Source of the DNA: Rhynchopus sp. YZ270_cl-10
Lineage: Eukaryota
Length of the DNA: 64,000 nt
Assembly (NCBI GenBank): GCA_964035575.1
Contig: OZ037848.1
Location: 1 to 64,000 of the forward strand
Direction: 5' to 3'
In this document: positions 1 through 12,249 of the stretch, piece after piece
Position numbering within the stretch: the first letter of the stretch is position 1
Layout: every line of letters begins with the position of its first letter
Notes under the pieces: model-generated
Database searches by the model: none
Seen by the model: only the letters and a program-made list of their open reading frames with translations
What the model was told of the DNA's origin: nothing
Made by a program: the position numbers and the translations under genes

Positions 1-3000
1 TTTGCGGGTTTGCGGTGTTTGCGGTTTGCGGGTTTGCGGGTTTGCGGGTTTGCGGGTTTGCGGGTTGCGGTGGGTTGGTTTGCGGTGGGTTTGCGGTGGT
101 TTGCGGTGTTTGCGGGTTTGCGGTTTGCGGTCGTTTGCGGGTTTGTCGGGTTTGCGGGTTTTGCGGGTTTGCGGGTTTGCGGGTTTGCGGGTTTGCGGGT
201 TTGCGGTTCGGGTTTTGCGGGTTTGCGGGTTTGCGGGTTTGCGGGTTTGCGGGTTTGCGGGTTTGCGGGTTTGCGGGTTTGCGGGTTTGCGGTTTGCGGG
301 TTTGCGGGTTTGCGGGTTTGCGGGTTTGCGGGTTTGCGGGTTTGCGGGTTTGCGGGTTTGCGGGTTTGCGGGTTTGCGGGTTGGGGTTTGCGGGTTTGCG
401 GTTTGCGGGTTGGTGCGGGGTTTGCGGGTTTGCGGGTTTGCGGGTTTGCGGGTTTGCGGGTTTGCGGGTTTGCGGGTTTGCGGGTTTGCGGGTTTGCGGG
501 TTTGCGGGTTTGCGGGTTTGCGGGTTTGCGGGTTTGCGGTTTGCGGGTTTGCGGGTTTGCGGGTTTGCGGGTTTGCGGGTTTGCGGGTTTGCGGGTTTGC
601 GGGTTTGCGGGTTTGCGGGTTTGCGGGTTTGCGGGTTTGCGGTTTGCGGGTTTGCGGGTTTGCGGGTTTGCGGGTTTGCGGGTTTGCGGGTTTGCGGGTT
701 TGCGGGTTTGCGGGTTTGCGGGTTTGCGGGTTTGCGGGTTTGCGGGTTTGCGGGTTTGCGGGTTTGCGGGTTTGCGGGTTTGCGGGTTTGCGGGTTTGCG
801 GGTTTGCGGGTTTGCGGGTTTGCGGGTTTGCGGGTTTGCGGGTTTGCGGGTTTGCGGGTTTGCGGGTTTGCGGGTTTGCGGGTTTGCGGGTTTGCGGGTT
901 GCGGGTTTGCGGGTTTGCGGGTTTGCGGGTTTGCGGTTTGCGGTTTGCGGGTTTGCGGGTTGCGGGTTTGCGGGTTTGCGGGTTTGCGGGTTTGCGGGTT
1001 TGCGGGTTTGCGGGTTTGCGGGTTTGCGGGTTTGCGGGTTTGCGGGTTTGCGGGTTTGCGGGTTTGCGGGTTTGCGGGTTTGCGGGTTTGCGGGTTTGCG
1101 GTTGCGGTTTGCGGGTTTGCGGGTTTGCGGGTTTGCGGGTTTGCGGGTTTGCGGGTTTGCGGGTTTGCGGGTTTGCGGGTTTGCGGGTTTGCGGGTTTGC
1201 GGGTTTGCGGGTTTGCGGGTTTGCGGGTTTGCGGGTTTGCGGGTTTGCGGGTTTGCGGGTTTGCGGGTTTGCGGTTTGCGGTTTGCGGGTTTGCGGGTTT
1301 GCGGGTTTGCGGGTTTGCGGGTTTGCGGGTTTGCGGGTTTTGCGGGTTTGCGGGTTTGCGGGTTTGCGGGTTTGCGGGTTTGCGGTTTGCGGGTTTGCGG
1401 GTTTGCGGGTTTGCGGGTTTGCGGGTTTGCGGGTTTGCGGGTTTGCGGGTTTGCGGGTTTGCGGGTTTGCGGGTTTGCGGGTTTGCGGGTTTGCGGGTTT
1501 GCGGGTTTGCGGGTTTGCGGGTTTGCGGGTTTGCGGGTTTGCGGGTTTGCGGGTTTGCGGGTTTGCGGGTTTGCGGGTTTGCGGTTTGCGGGTTTGCGGG
1601 TTTGCGGGTTGCGTTTGCGGGTTTGCGGGTTTGCGGGTTTGCGGGTTTGCGGGTTTGCGGGTTTGCGGGTTTGCGGTTTGCGGTTTGCGGGTTTGCGGGT
1701 TTGCGGGTTTGCGGGTTTGCGGGTTTGCGGGTTTGCGGGTTTGCGGGTTTGCGGGTTTGCGGGTTTGCGGGTTTGCGGGTTTGCGGGTTTGCGGGTTTGC
1801 GGGTTTGCGGGTTTGCGGGTTTGCGGGTTTGCGGGTTTGCGGGTTTGCGGGTTTGCGGGTTTGCGGGTTTGCGGGTTTGCGGGTTTGCGGGTTTGCGGGT
1901 TTGCGGGTTTGCGGGTTTGCGGGTTTGCGGGTTTGCGGGTTTGCGGGTTTGCGGGTTTGCGGGTTTGCGGGTTTGCGGGTTTGCGGTTTGCGGGTTTGCG
2001 GGTTTGCGGGTTTGCGGGTTTGCGGGTTTGCGGGTTTGCGGGTTTGCGGGTTTGCGGGTTTGCGGGTTTGCGGGTTTGCGGGTTTGCGGGTTTGCGGGTT
2101 TGCGGGTTTGCGGGTTTGCGGGTTTGCGGGTTTGCGGGTTTGCGGGTTTGCGGGTTTGCGGGTTTGCGGGTTTGCGGTTTGCGGTTTGCGGGTTTGCGGG
2201 TTTGCGGGTTTGCGGGTTTGCGGGTTTGCGGGTTTGCGGGTTTGCGGGTTTGCGGGTTTGCGGGTTTGCGGGTTTGCGGGTTTTGCGGGTTTGCGGGTTT
2301 GCGGGTTTGCGGGTTTGCGGGTTTGCGGGTTTGCGGGTTTGCGGGTTTGCGGGTTTGCGGGTTTGCGGGTTTGCGGGTTTGCGGGTTTGCGGGTTTGCGG
2401 GTTGCGGGTTTGCGGGTTTGCGGGTTTGCGGGTTTGCGGGTTTGCGGGTTTGCGGGTTTGCGGGTTTGCGGGTTTGCGGGTTTGCGGGTTTGCGGGTTTG
2501 CGGGTTTGCGGGTTTGCGGGTTTGCGGGTTTGCGGGTTTGCGGGTTTGCGGGTTTGCGGGTTTGCGGGTTTGCGGGTTTGCGGGTTTGCGGGTTTGCGGG
2601 TTTGCGGGTTTGCGGGTTTGCGGGTTTGCGGGTTTGCGGGTTTGCGGGTTTGCGGGTTTGCGGGTTTGCGGGTTTGCGGGTTTGCGGGTTTGCGGGTTTG
2701 CGGGTTTGCGGGTTTGCGGGTTTGCGGGTTTGCGGGTTTGCGGGTTTGCGGGTTTGCGGGTTTGCGGGTTTGCGGGTTTGCGGGTTTGCGGGTTTGCGGG
2801 TTTGCGGGTTTGCGGGTTTGCGGGTTTGCGGGTTTGCGGGTTTGCGGGTTTGCGGGTTTGCGGGTTTGCGGGTTTGCGGGTTTGCGGGTTTGCGGGTTTG
2901 CGGGTTTGCGGGTTTGCGGTTTGCGGGTTTGCGGGTTTGCGGGTTTGCGGGTTTGCGGGTTTGCGGGTTTGCGGGTTTGCGGGTTTGCGGGGTTTGCGGG

Positions 3001-6000
3001 TTTGCGGGTTTGCGGGTTTGCGGGTTTGCGGGTTTGCGGGTTTGCGGGTTGCGGTTTGCGGGTTTGCGGGTTTGCGGGTTTGCGGGTTTGCGGGTTTGCG
3101 GGTTTGCGGGTTTGCGGGTTTGCGGGTTTGCGGGTTTGCGGGTTTGCGGGTTTGCGGGTTTGCGGGTTTGCGTTTGCGGTTTGCGGGTTTGCGGGTTTGC
3201 GGGTTTGCGGGTTTGCGGGTTTGCGGGTTTGCGGGTTTGCGGTTTGCGGGTTTGCGGGTTTGCGGGTTTGCGGGTTTGCGGGTTTGCGGGTTTGCGGGTT
3301 TGCGGGTTTGCGGGTTTGCGGGTTTGCGGGTTTGCGGGTTTGCGGGTTTGCGGGTTTGCGGGTTGCGGTTTGCGGGTTTGCGGGTTTGCGGGTTTGCGGG
3401 TTTGCGGGTTTGCGGGTTTGCGGGTTTGCGGGTTTGCGGGTTTGCGGGTTTGCGGGTTTGCGGGTTTGCGGTTTGCGGGTTTGCGGGTTTGCGGGTTTGC
3501 GGGTTTGCGGGTTTGCGGGTTTGCGGGTTTGCGGGTTTGCGGGTTTGCGGGTTTGCGGGTTTGCGGGTTTGCGGGTTTGCGGGTTTGCGGGTTTGCGGGT
3601 TTGCGGGTTTGCGGGTTTGCGGGTTTGCGGGTTTGCGGTTTGCGGGTTTGCGGGTTTGCGGGTTTGCGGGTTTGCGGTTTGCGGGTTTGCGGGTTTGCGG
3701 GTTTGCGGGTTTGCGGTTTGCGGGTTTGCGGGTTTGCGGGTTTGCGGGTTTGCGGGTTTGCGGGTTTGCGGGTTTGCGGGTTTGCGGGTTTGCGGGTTTG
3801 CGGGTTTGCGGGTTTGCGGGTTTGCGGGTTTGCGGGTTTGCGGGTTTGCGGGTTTGCGGGTTTGCGGGTTTGCGGGTTTGCGGGTTTGCGGGTTTGCGGG
3901 TTTGCGGGTTTGCGGGTTTGCGGGTTTGCGGGTTTGCGGGTTTGCGGGTTTGCGGGTTTGCGGGTTTGCGGGTTTGCGGGTTTGCGGGTTTGCGGGTTTG
4001 CGGGTTTGCGGGTTTGCGGGTTTGCGGGTTTGCGGGTTTGCGGGTTTGCGGGTTTGCGGGTTTGCGGGTTTGCGGGTTTGCGGGTTTGCGGGTTTGCGGG
4101 TTTGCGGGTTTGCGGGTTTGCGGGTTTGCGGGTTTGCGGGTTTGCGGGTTTGCGGGTTTGCGGGTTTGCGGGTTTGCGGGTTTGCGGGTTTGCGGGTTTG
4201 CGGGTTTGCGGGTTTGCGGGTTTGCGGTTTGCGGGTTTGCGGGTTTGCGGGTTTGCGGGTTTGCGGGTTTGCGGGTTTGCGGGTTTGCGGGTTTGCGGGT
4301 TTGCGGGTTTGCGGGTTTGCGGGTTTGCGGGTTTGCGGGTTTGCGGGTTTGCGGGTTTGCGGGTTTGCGGGTTTGCGGGTTTGCGGGTTTGCGGGTTTGC
4401 GGGTTTGCGGGTTTGCGGGTTTGCGGGTTTGCGGGTTTGCGGGTTTGCGGGTTTGCGGGTTTGCGGGTTTGCGGGTTTGCGGGTTTGCGGGTTTGCGGGT
4501 TTGCGGGTTTGCGGGTTTGCGGTTTGCGGGTTTGCGGGTTTGCGGGTTTGCGGGTTTGCGGGTTTGCGGGTTTGCGGGTTTGCGGGTTTGCGGGTTTGCG
4601 GGTTTGCGGGTTTGCGGGTTTGCGGGTTTGCGGGTTTGCGGGTTTGCGGGTTTGCGGGTTTGCGGGTTTGCGGGTTTGCGGGTTTGCGGGTTTGCGGGTT
4701 TGCGGGTTTGCGGGTTTGCGGGTTTGCGGGTTTGCGGGTTTGCGGGTTTGCGGGTTTGCGGGTTTGCGGGTTTGCGGGTTTGCGGGTTTGCGGGTTTGCG
4801 GGTTTGCGGGTTTGCGGGTTTGCGGGTTTGCGGGTTTGCGGGTTTGCGGGTTTGCGGGTTTGCGGGTTTGCGGGTTTGCGGGTTTGCGGGTTTGCGGGTT
4901 TGCGGGTTTGCGGGTTTGCGGGTTTGCGGGTTTGCGGGTTTGCGGGTTTGCGGGTTTGCGGGTTTGCGGGTTTGCGGGTTTGCGGGTTTGCGGGTTTGCG
5001 GGTTTGCGGGTTTGCGGGTTTGCGGGTTTGCGGGTTTGCGGGTTTGCGGGTTTGCGGGTTTGCGGGTTTGCGGGTTTGCGGGTTTGCGGGTTTGCGGGTT
5101 TGCGGGTTTGCGGGTTTGCGGGTTTGCGGGTTTGCGGGTTTGCGGGTTTGCGGGTTTGCGGGTTTGCGGGTTTGCGGGTTTGCGGGTTTGCGGGTTTGCG
5201 GGTTTGCGGGTTTGCGGGTTTGCGGGTTTGCGGGTTTGCGGGTTTGCGGGTTTGCGGGTTTGCGGGTTTGCGGGTTTGCGGGTTTGCGGGTTTGCGGGTT
5301 TGCGGGTTTGCGGGTTTGCGGGTTTGCGGGTTTGCGGGTTTGCGGGTTTGCGGGTTTGCGGGTTTGCGGGTTTGCGGGTTTGCGGGTTTGCGGGTTTGCG
5401 GGTTTGCGGGTTTGCGGGTTTGCGGGTTTGCGGGTTTGCGGGTTTGCGGGTTTGCGGGTTTGCGGGTTTGCGGGTTTGCGGGTTTGCGGGTTTGCGGGTT
5501 TGCGGGTTTGCGGGTTTGCGGGTTTGCGGGTTTGCGGGTTTGCGGGTTTGCGGGTTTGCGGGTTTGCGGGTTTGCGGGTTTGCGGGTTTGCGGGTTTGCG
5601 GTTTGCGGGTTTGCGGGTTTGCGGGTTTGCGGGTTTGCGGGTTTGCGGGTTTGCGGGTTTGCGGGTTTGCGGGTTTGCGGGTTTGCGGGTTTGCGGGTTT
5701 GCGGGTTTGCGGGTTTGCGGGTTTGCGGGTTTGCGGGTTTGCGGGTTTGCGGGTTTGCGGGTTTGCGGGTTTGCGGGTTTGCGGGTTTGCGGGTTTGCGG
5801 GTTTGCGGGTTTGCGGGTTTGCGGGTTTGCGGGTTTGCGGGTTTGCGGGTTTGCGGGTTTGCGGGTTTGCGGGTTTGCGGGTTTGCGGGTTTGCGGGTTT
5901 GCGGGTTTGCGGGTTTGCGGGTTTGCGGGTTTGCGGGTTTGCGGGTTTGCGGGTTTGCGGGTTTGCGGGTTTGCGGGTTTGCGGGTTTGCGGGTTTGCGG

Positions 6001-6982
6001 GTTTGCGGGTTTGCGGGTTTGCGGGTTTGCGGGTTTGCGGGTTTGCGGGTTTGCGGGTTTGCGGGTTTGCGGGTTTGCGGGTTTGCGGGTTTGCGGGTTT
6101 GCGGGTTTGCGGGTTTGCGGGTTTGCGGGTTTGCGGGTTTGCGGGTTTGCGGGTTTGCGGGTTTGCGGGTTTGCGGGTTTGCGGGTTTGCGGGTTTGCGG
6201 GTTTGCGGGTTTGCGGGTTTGCGGGTTTGCGGGTTTGCGGGTTTGCGGGTTTGCGGGTTTGCGGGTTTGCGGGTTTGCGGGTTTGCGGGTTTGCGGGTTT
6301 GCGGGTTTGCGGGTTTGCGGGTTTGCGGGTTTGCGGGTTTGCGGGTTTGCGGGTTTGCGGGTTTACGGGTTTGCGGGTTTGCGGGTTTGCGGGTTTGCGG
6401 GTTTGCGGGTTTGCGGGTTTGCGGGTTTGCGGGTTTGCGGGTTTGCGGGTTTGCGGGTTTGCGGGTTTGCGGGTTTGCGGGTTTGCGGGTTTGCGGGTTT
6501 ACGGGTTTGCGGGTTTGCGGGTTTGCGGGTTTGCGGGTTTGCGGGTTTGCGGGTTTGCGGGTTTGCGGGTTTGCGGGTTTGCGGGTTTGCGGGTTTGCGG
6601 GTTTACGGGTTTGCGGGTTTGCGGGTTTGCGGGTTTGCGGGTTTACGGGTTTGCGGGTTTGCGGGTTTGCGGGTTTGCGGGTTTGCGGGTTTACGGGTTT
6701 GCGGGTTTGCGGGTTTGCGGGTTTGCGGGTTTGCGGGTTTGCGGGTTTGCGGGTTTGCGGGTTTGCGGGTTTGCGGGTTTGCGGGTTTGCGGGTTTGCGG
6801 GTTTGCGGGTTTGCGGGTTTGCGGGTTTGCGGGTTTGCGGGTTTGCGGGTTTGCGGGTTTGCGGGTTTGCGGGTTTGCGGGTTTGCGGGTTTGCGGGTTT
6901 GCGGGTTTGCGGGTTTGCGGGTTTGCGGGTTTGCGGGTTTGCGGGTTTGCGGGTTTACGGGTTTACGGGTTTACGGGTTTGC
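1..6982 (+). repeat. ~7 kb tandem array of the octamer TTTGCGGG (roughly 870 units); TTTACGGG variants near the inner boundary
   Basis: Seen directly. Indel variants are more frequent toward position 1 (probably low-coverage read end). TTTACGGG variants occur only from ~6360 to 6977. Confidence 0.98.
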
Positions 6983-7221
6983 TATCACAGTTGCAGCCAC
7001 TGATGTGGTTGGGCATACATTGCCTCTTTTTGGGGATATCATGGGGGGAAGGGGGGTGTGGGTTGTTATGACAACAGTTCTTTGCTTTGTTGCCTCCACA
7101 CACGTTTTTGTTGCTGCTATCAAAGCTGCAGCTGCTTGGGTTGTTGGGCTCAAGAGGCCTCTTTTTGGGGTAAAAAAGGGGGGGAAGGGGGCTCCTGCTA
7201 CTGCTGTTGATGCAGCTTAAG

Positions 7222-7903
7222 TTGTTGCTCCTGTTGCTGCTGTTGCTGCTGCTGCTCTTGTTGCTGCTGTTGCTGCTGCTGCAGTCGCAGCTGGTGTAGC
7301 ATATGTTGTTGCTGCTGTTGCTGCTGCTGCTGCTGTTGCTGCTTTTGTTGCTGCTGTTGCTGCTGCTGCTGTTGCTGCTGTTGCTGCTGTTGCTGCTGTT
7401 GCTGCTGTTGCTGCTGTTGCTGCTGTTGCTGCTGTTGCTGCTGTTGCTGCTGTTGCTGCTGCTGCAGTCGCAGCTGGTGTAGCATATGTTGTTGCTGCTG
7501 TTGCTGCTGCTGCTGCTGTTGCTGCTTTTGTTGCTGCTGTTGCTGCTGCTGCTGTTGCTGCTGTTGCTGCTGTTGCTGCTGTTGCTGCTGTTGCTGCTGT
7601 TGCTGCTGTTGCTGCTGCTGCTCTTGTTGCTGCTGTTGCTGCTGCTGCAGTCGCAGCTGGTGTAGCATATGTTGTTGCTGCTGTTGCTGCTGCTGCTGCT
7701 GTTGCTGCTTTTGTTGCTGCTGTTGCTGCTGCTGCTGTTGCTGCTGTTGCTGCTGTTGCTGCTGTTGCTGCTGTTGCTGCTGTTGCTGCTGTTGCTGCTG
7801 TTGCTGCTGTTGCTGCTGTTGCTGCTGTTGCTGCTGTTGCTGCTGTTGCTGCTGTTGCTGCTGTTGCTGCTGTTGCTGCTGTTGCTGCTGTTGCTGCTGT
7901 TGC
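7222..7903. repeat. CTG/TTG (CAG/CAA on minus) trinucleotide array with 183-bp higher-order period
   Basis: Interrupting motif GCAGTCGCAGCTGGTGTAGCATATG recurs at 7281, 7464 and 7647. Confidence 0.95.
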
Positions 7904-8030
7904 TTTTTTTTCTCTTTTATGTACTTGGTCTTTTTTTGTATGTAAGAATAGAAGAAAGGAAAAAGGAAGAATGGAGTAAACAATAAAGACAATAAAATGA
8001 ACAGGAAAATGGAAAAGGAAAAAGGAAATG
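7904..8030 (-). repeat. Segment X, copy 1 (~125 bp; inverted copy at 9961-10088)
   Basis: Reverse complement nearly identical to 9961-10088 (…CAAAAAAAGACCAAGTACATAAAAGAGAAAAAAAA). Confidence 0.92.
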
Positions 8031-8852
8031 AAAAAATGATGACCAAAAAAGGTCGGTGTTTCAAGTTTTAGTATAAAAGGTGGGCGGTAAAGTAAAGTAA
8101 GTGGCCACTTCCTCCTAAACAAAACAAGAAACTGCATCGTGTGTTTGTTTTTTATTCTTTTTAATCAATTTGAATACACAGGCGTCACACTTATGGGGCA
8201 AAAAAAGGAAAAAAAGAAGACCTAATCCTCCTTACTTAAAAGAAGGGAAGGGAGAATAAAAAACACACGTGCCCATTGTTTCGTTGTCTGCAGGATGTCT
8301 TGTTTTAGTGCCTCACCTGGAAAAAGAAAAATGGATTCCACTCAGTAAAAATAGCACACCTGTTGAACACACGTCAGGCCAGGAACAGAAGAAAAGCAAA
8401 CGCTTCCACGAATGGAAGCAAAAGAAAAGTGTGGTGAAAAAACCCTTTTGGCCAAGGTGGTCTTGACTCTCTGTCTACATACTTTGGGGATGCATGAAAA
8501 AATGAAACTAGATGATAGATAACAAGGAGTGTGCGAGAGTGGCCCTTCTCCAAGCTAAACAAAAAGCAAACACCCTCCACCCATCTGATCCCGCCCACAA
8601 ACACAAACAATCACGACAGAAAACAAAACAGGCAGAGGATGACCAGGGTAGGTTTTACTTGGACAGCGAACCTCTGCCTTGATTCCTCTCACGCTCAGCA
8701 GGCGAGTTGCCTCAACTCTCCAGACCTGTGCTGCAACACAGGCCTGCACCTTTAGCCGCTTTTCGCTTCATGCCCCTCATCTGGCGCACTACTAACGGGG
8801 GACGCCCCATGTAGGCACATCGGTAGGATTTCGTCTTAACATAGTTTTTTGT

Positions 8853-9246
8853 GTAAAAAAAAATGAACCCCTGTAAAAAAAAAATGAACCCCTGTAAAAA
8901 AAAATGAACCCCTGTAAAAAAAAATGAACCCCTGTAAAAAAAAATGAACCCCTTTGTAAAAAAAAATGAACCCCTTTTGTAAAAAAAAATGAACCCCTGT
9001 AAAAAAAAATGAACCCCTGTAAAAAAAAATGAACCCCTGTAAAAAAAAATGAACCCCTGTAAAAAAAAATGAACCCCTGTAAAAAAAAATGAACCCCTTG
9101 TAAAAAAAAATGAACCCCTTGTAAAAAAAAATGAACCCCTTGTAAAAAAAAATGAACCCCTTGTAAAAAAAAATGAACCCCTTGTAAAAAAAAATGAACC
9201 CCTTGTAAAAAAAAATGAACCCCTTGTAAAAAAAAATGAACCCCTT
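8853..9246 (+). repeat. Minisatellite, 20-21 bp unit TGTAAAAAAAAATGAACCCC(T), about 19 copies
   Basis: Seen directly. Confidence 0.95.
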
Positions 9247-9254
9247 TTGTTGTT

Positions 9255-9668
9255 TGTTGCTGTTGCTGCTGTTGCTGCTGTTGCTGCTGTTGCTGCTGTT
9301 GCTGCTGTTGCTGCTGTTGCTGCTGTTGCTGCTGTTGCTGCTGTTGCTGCTGTTGCTGCTGTTGCTGCTGTTGCTGCTGTTGCTGCCGTTGTTGCTGCTG
9401 CTGCAGTTGCAGCTGGTGTAGTATATGCTGCTGTTGCTGCTGTTGCTGCTGTTGCTGCTGTTGCTGCTGTTGCTGCTGTTGCTGCTGTTGCTGCTGTTGC
9501 TGCTGTTGCTGCTGTCGCTGCTGTTGCTGCTGTTGCTGCTGTTGCTGCTGTTGCTGCCGTTGTTGCTGCTGCTGCAGTTGCAGCTGGTGTAGTATATGCT
9601 GCTGTTGCTGCTGTTGCTGCTCTTGTTGTTGCTGCTGGTGTAGCTCCTGCTGCTGCTGCTGCTGCTGA
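9255..9668. repeat. Second CTG/TTG array related to 7222-7903
   Basis: Interrupting motif GCAGTTGCAGCTGGTGTAGTATATG at 9403 and 9574 (171 bp apart), homologous to the motif in the first array. Confidence 0.95.
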
Positions 9669-9681
9669 TGCAGACATGCAG

Positions 9682-9960
9682 CACCACCCACAACGCCCCC
9701 AAAAGGGCCTTCCTCCTCATTTTTAAAAAAGCAAAAACCAAAAAACGAAAACAAAGAAGGACAAGACACACTACGCCTTGCGCTTCGCCGGCCTGCACTC
9801 CTCTACCGTTGCCCAGGGACCGCCCCGTGGAGGCGTACAAGGCTCACAATAAAACAAAGGAAAGGGGGAGGGAGGGAGGGTAAAAAGAAAGGACAAGTGT
9901 GTTGTAATGTGTAAAAAATGGTCCCCTGTGTAAAAAATGGTCCCCTGTGTAAAAAATCCC
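9682..9960 (+). repeat. Segment Y, copy 1 (direct diverged copy at ~11716-11950)
   Basis: Shared blocks AAAGAAGGACAAGACACACTACG, CCAGGGACCGCCCCGTGGAGGCGTACA, AAAGAAAGGACAAGTGTG and TGTAAAAAATCCC. Confidence 0.9.
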
Positions 9961-10088
9961 CTTCCTTTTTCCTTTTCCATTTTCCTGTTCATTTTATTGT
10001 CTTTATTGTTTACTCCGTTCTTCCTTTTTCCTTTCTTCTATTCTCACATACAAAAAAAGACCAAGTACATAAAAGAGAAAAAAAAAAA
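9961..10088 (+). repeat. Segment X, copy 2
   Basis: Inverted copy of 7904-8030; ends in poly(A) directly before the 13-mer satellite. Confidence 0.92.
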
Positions 10089-11277
10089 GCAAGGATGCTG
10101 TGCAAGGATGCTGTGCAAGGATGCTGTGCAAGGATGCTGTGCAAGGATGCTGTGCAAGGATGCTGTGCAAGGATGCTGTGCAAGGATGCTGTGCAAGGAT
10201 GCTGTGCAAGGATGCTGTGCAAGGATGCTGTGCAAGGATGCTGTGCAAGGATGCTGTGCAAGGATGCTGTGCAAGGATGCTGTGCAAGGATGCTGTGCAA
10301 GGATGCTGTGCAAGGATGCTGTGCAAGGATGCTGTGCAAGGATGCTGTGCAAGGATGCTGTGCAAGGATGCTGTGCAAGGATGCTGTGCAAGGATGCTGT
10401 GCAAGGATGCTGTGCAAGGATGCTGTGCAAGGATGCTGTGCAAGGATGCTGTGCAAGGATGCTGTGCAAGGATGCTGTGCAAGGATGCTGTGCAAGGATG
10501 CTGTGCAAGGATGCTGTGCAAGGATGCTGTGCAAGGATGCTGTGCAAGGATGCTGTGCAAGGATGCTGTGCAAGGATGCTGTGCAAGGATGCTGTGCAAG
10601 GATGCTGTGCAAGGATGCTGTGCAAGGATGCTGTGCAAGGATGCTGTGCAAGGATGCTGTGCAAGGATGCTGTGCAAGGATGCTGTGCAAGGATGCTGTG
10701 CAAGGATGCTGTGCAAGGATGCTGTGCAAGGATGCTGTGCAAGGATGCTGTGCAAGGATGCTGTGCAAGGATGCTGTGCAAGGATGCTGTGCAAGGATGC
10801 TGTGCAAGGATGCTGTGCAAGGATGCTGTGCAAGGATGCTGTGCAAGGATGCTGTGCAAGGATGCTGTGCAAGGATGCTGTGCAAGGATGCTGTGCAAGG
10901 ATGCTGTGCAAGGATGCTGTGCAAGGATGCTGTGCAAGGATGCTGTGCAAGGATGCTGTGCAAGGATGCTGTGCAAGGATGCTGTGCAAGGATGCTGTGC
11001 AAGGATGCTGTGCAAGGATGCTGTGCAAGGATGCTGTGCAAGGATGCTGTGCAAGGATGCTGTGCAAGGATGCTGTGCAAGGATGCTGTGCAAGGATGCT
11101 GTGCAAGGATGCTGTGCAAGGATGCTGTGCAAGGATGCTGTGCAAGGATGCTGTGCAAGGATGCTGTGCAAGGATGCTGTGCAAGGATGCTGTGCAAGGA
11201 TGCTGTGCAAGGATGCTGTGCAAGGATGCTGTGCAAGGATGCTGTGCAAGGATGCTGTGCAAGGATGCTGTGCAAGG
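10089..11277 (+). repeat. Perfect 13-bp tandem array GCAAGGATGCTGT, about 91 copies
   Basis: Seen directly; homogeneous. Confidence 0.98.
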
Positions 11278-11715
11278 AAGGATGATGTCGCTACTGCTGA
11301 TACTGACGTTCCTGCACTAGAAGCCTTGTGGGCGCATCTGCACTTCCTCCCACACATGTGGACCATACTCACCTGTGTGCTTCACACTCCGGCGGCAGCA
11401 CCGTGTCCTTCCTGTCCTGCACGGATTCAGAGTCAACCCCGCCGCCTGATGAGACTGCTTCTGTTCCTCACCTGTGTATGAGCGTGGGCCTGCCACTCAG
11501 CCAACAGCTGGCAAATCCCAGGCATAACGCCGTGCGCAGACCTGCGCACCTCGCGCACCACCAGACGCAGGGCACGTTGTGACACGTCGTACCGTCTGCT
11601 TCCATGACTCCCGCCAGGGCGCCACACAATCGGCCCACTCCTCGTCCAGGTCCACCGTCACCAGGTCCCCCTCGTCGCCCACGTAGCAGCTGTTGAAGCT
11701 GCTACTGCAGCTCAT

Positions 11716-11950
11716 CCCCCACACCACTGCCCCCCAATCAGGCCATCCACCTCATCTTCAAAAAACAAAAACAAAAACAAAAAATAAAAAGAAGGACAAG
11801 ACACACTACGCGCCTCTTTAACCGTTGACCAGGGACCGCCCCGTGGAGGCGTACACGGCTCACAAAATAAAAACAAATGAAAGGGGGAGGAAAAAGAAGG
11901 GGGGGTTAAAAAAAGAAAGGACAAGTGTGCTGCAATGTAAAAAATCCCTG
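11716..11950 (+). repeat. Segment Y, copy 2
   Basis: Diverged direct copy of 9682-9960. Confidence 0.88.
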
Positions 11951-12249
11951 TTGCTGTGCAAGTGGCCATCTCAAGTCAGACACTGAACTCGATGACCTTG
12001 GAGTTGATTCTCATGTTTGATACTTTCAGGAGTGTTGTGCACCGAGAGGTGATATGGTCTGACAGTGAGTTAGGTGAAAAAAACGTAGTTGCAATCCATT
12101 TTCTTGTACAAATTCTATGGGTTCTTGCCTTGGCATTTTTCTTTATTTTTTCCACAGTTGGCGCAGTATGGCTTGCCCCAGGCGGGCTTGAACTGCTCAC
12201 AGTGTTTTGCTTTGGCTCTGTGATTTGGAGGTCGTTTTGTTGGAAAAAA

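Noticed and set aside
2..7220. Three >2300-aa ORFs (RVCGFAGL)n
   Set aside because: Artefact of a stop-free octamer repeat open in all three frames.
8853..11277. CRISPR-like array
   Set aside because: Repeats are head-to-tail with no unique spacers; eukaryotic context; no cas genes.
9918..11481. Six ORFs over the 13-mer array
   Set aside because: Stop-free satellite open in all frames; no coding signal.
11285..11715. GC-rich possible coding fragment between the 13-mer array and segment Y
   Set aside because: Short overlapping frames with no recognisable domain or consistent splice model; could be a gene relic but cannot be supported.
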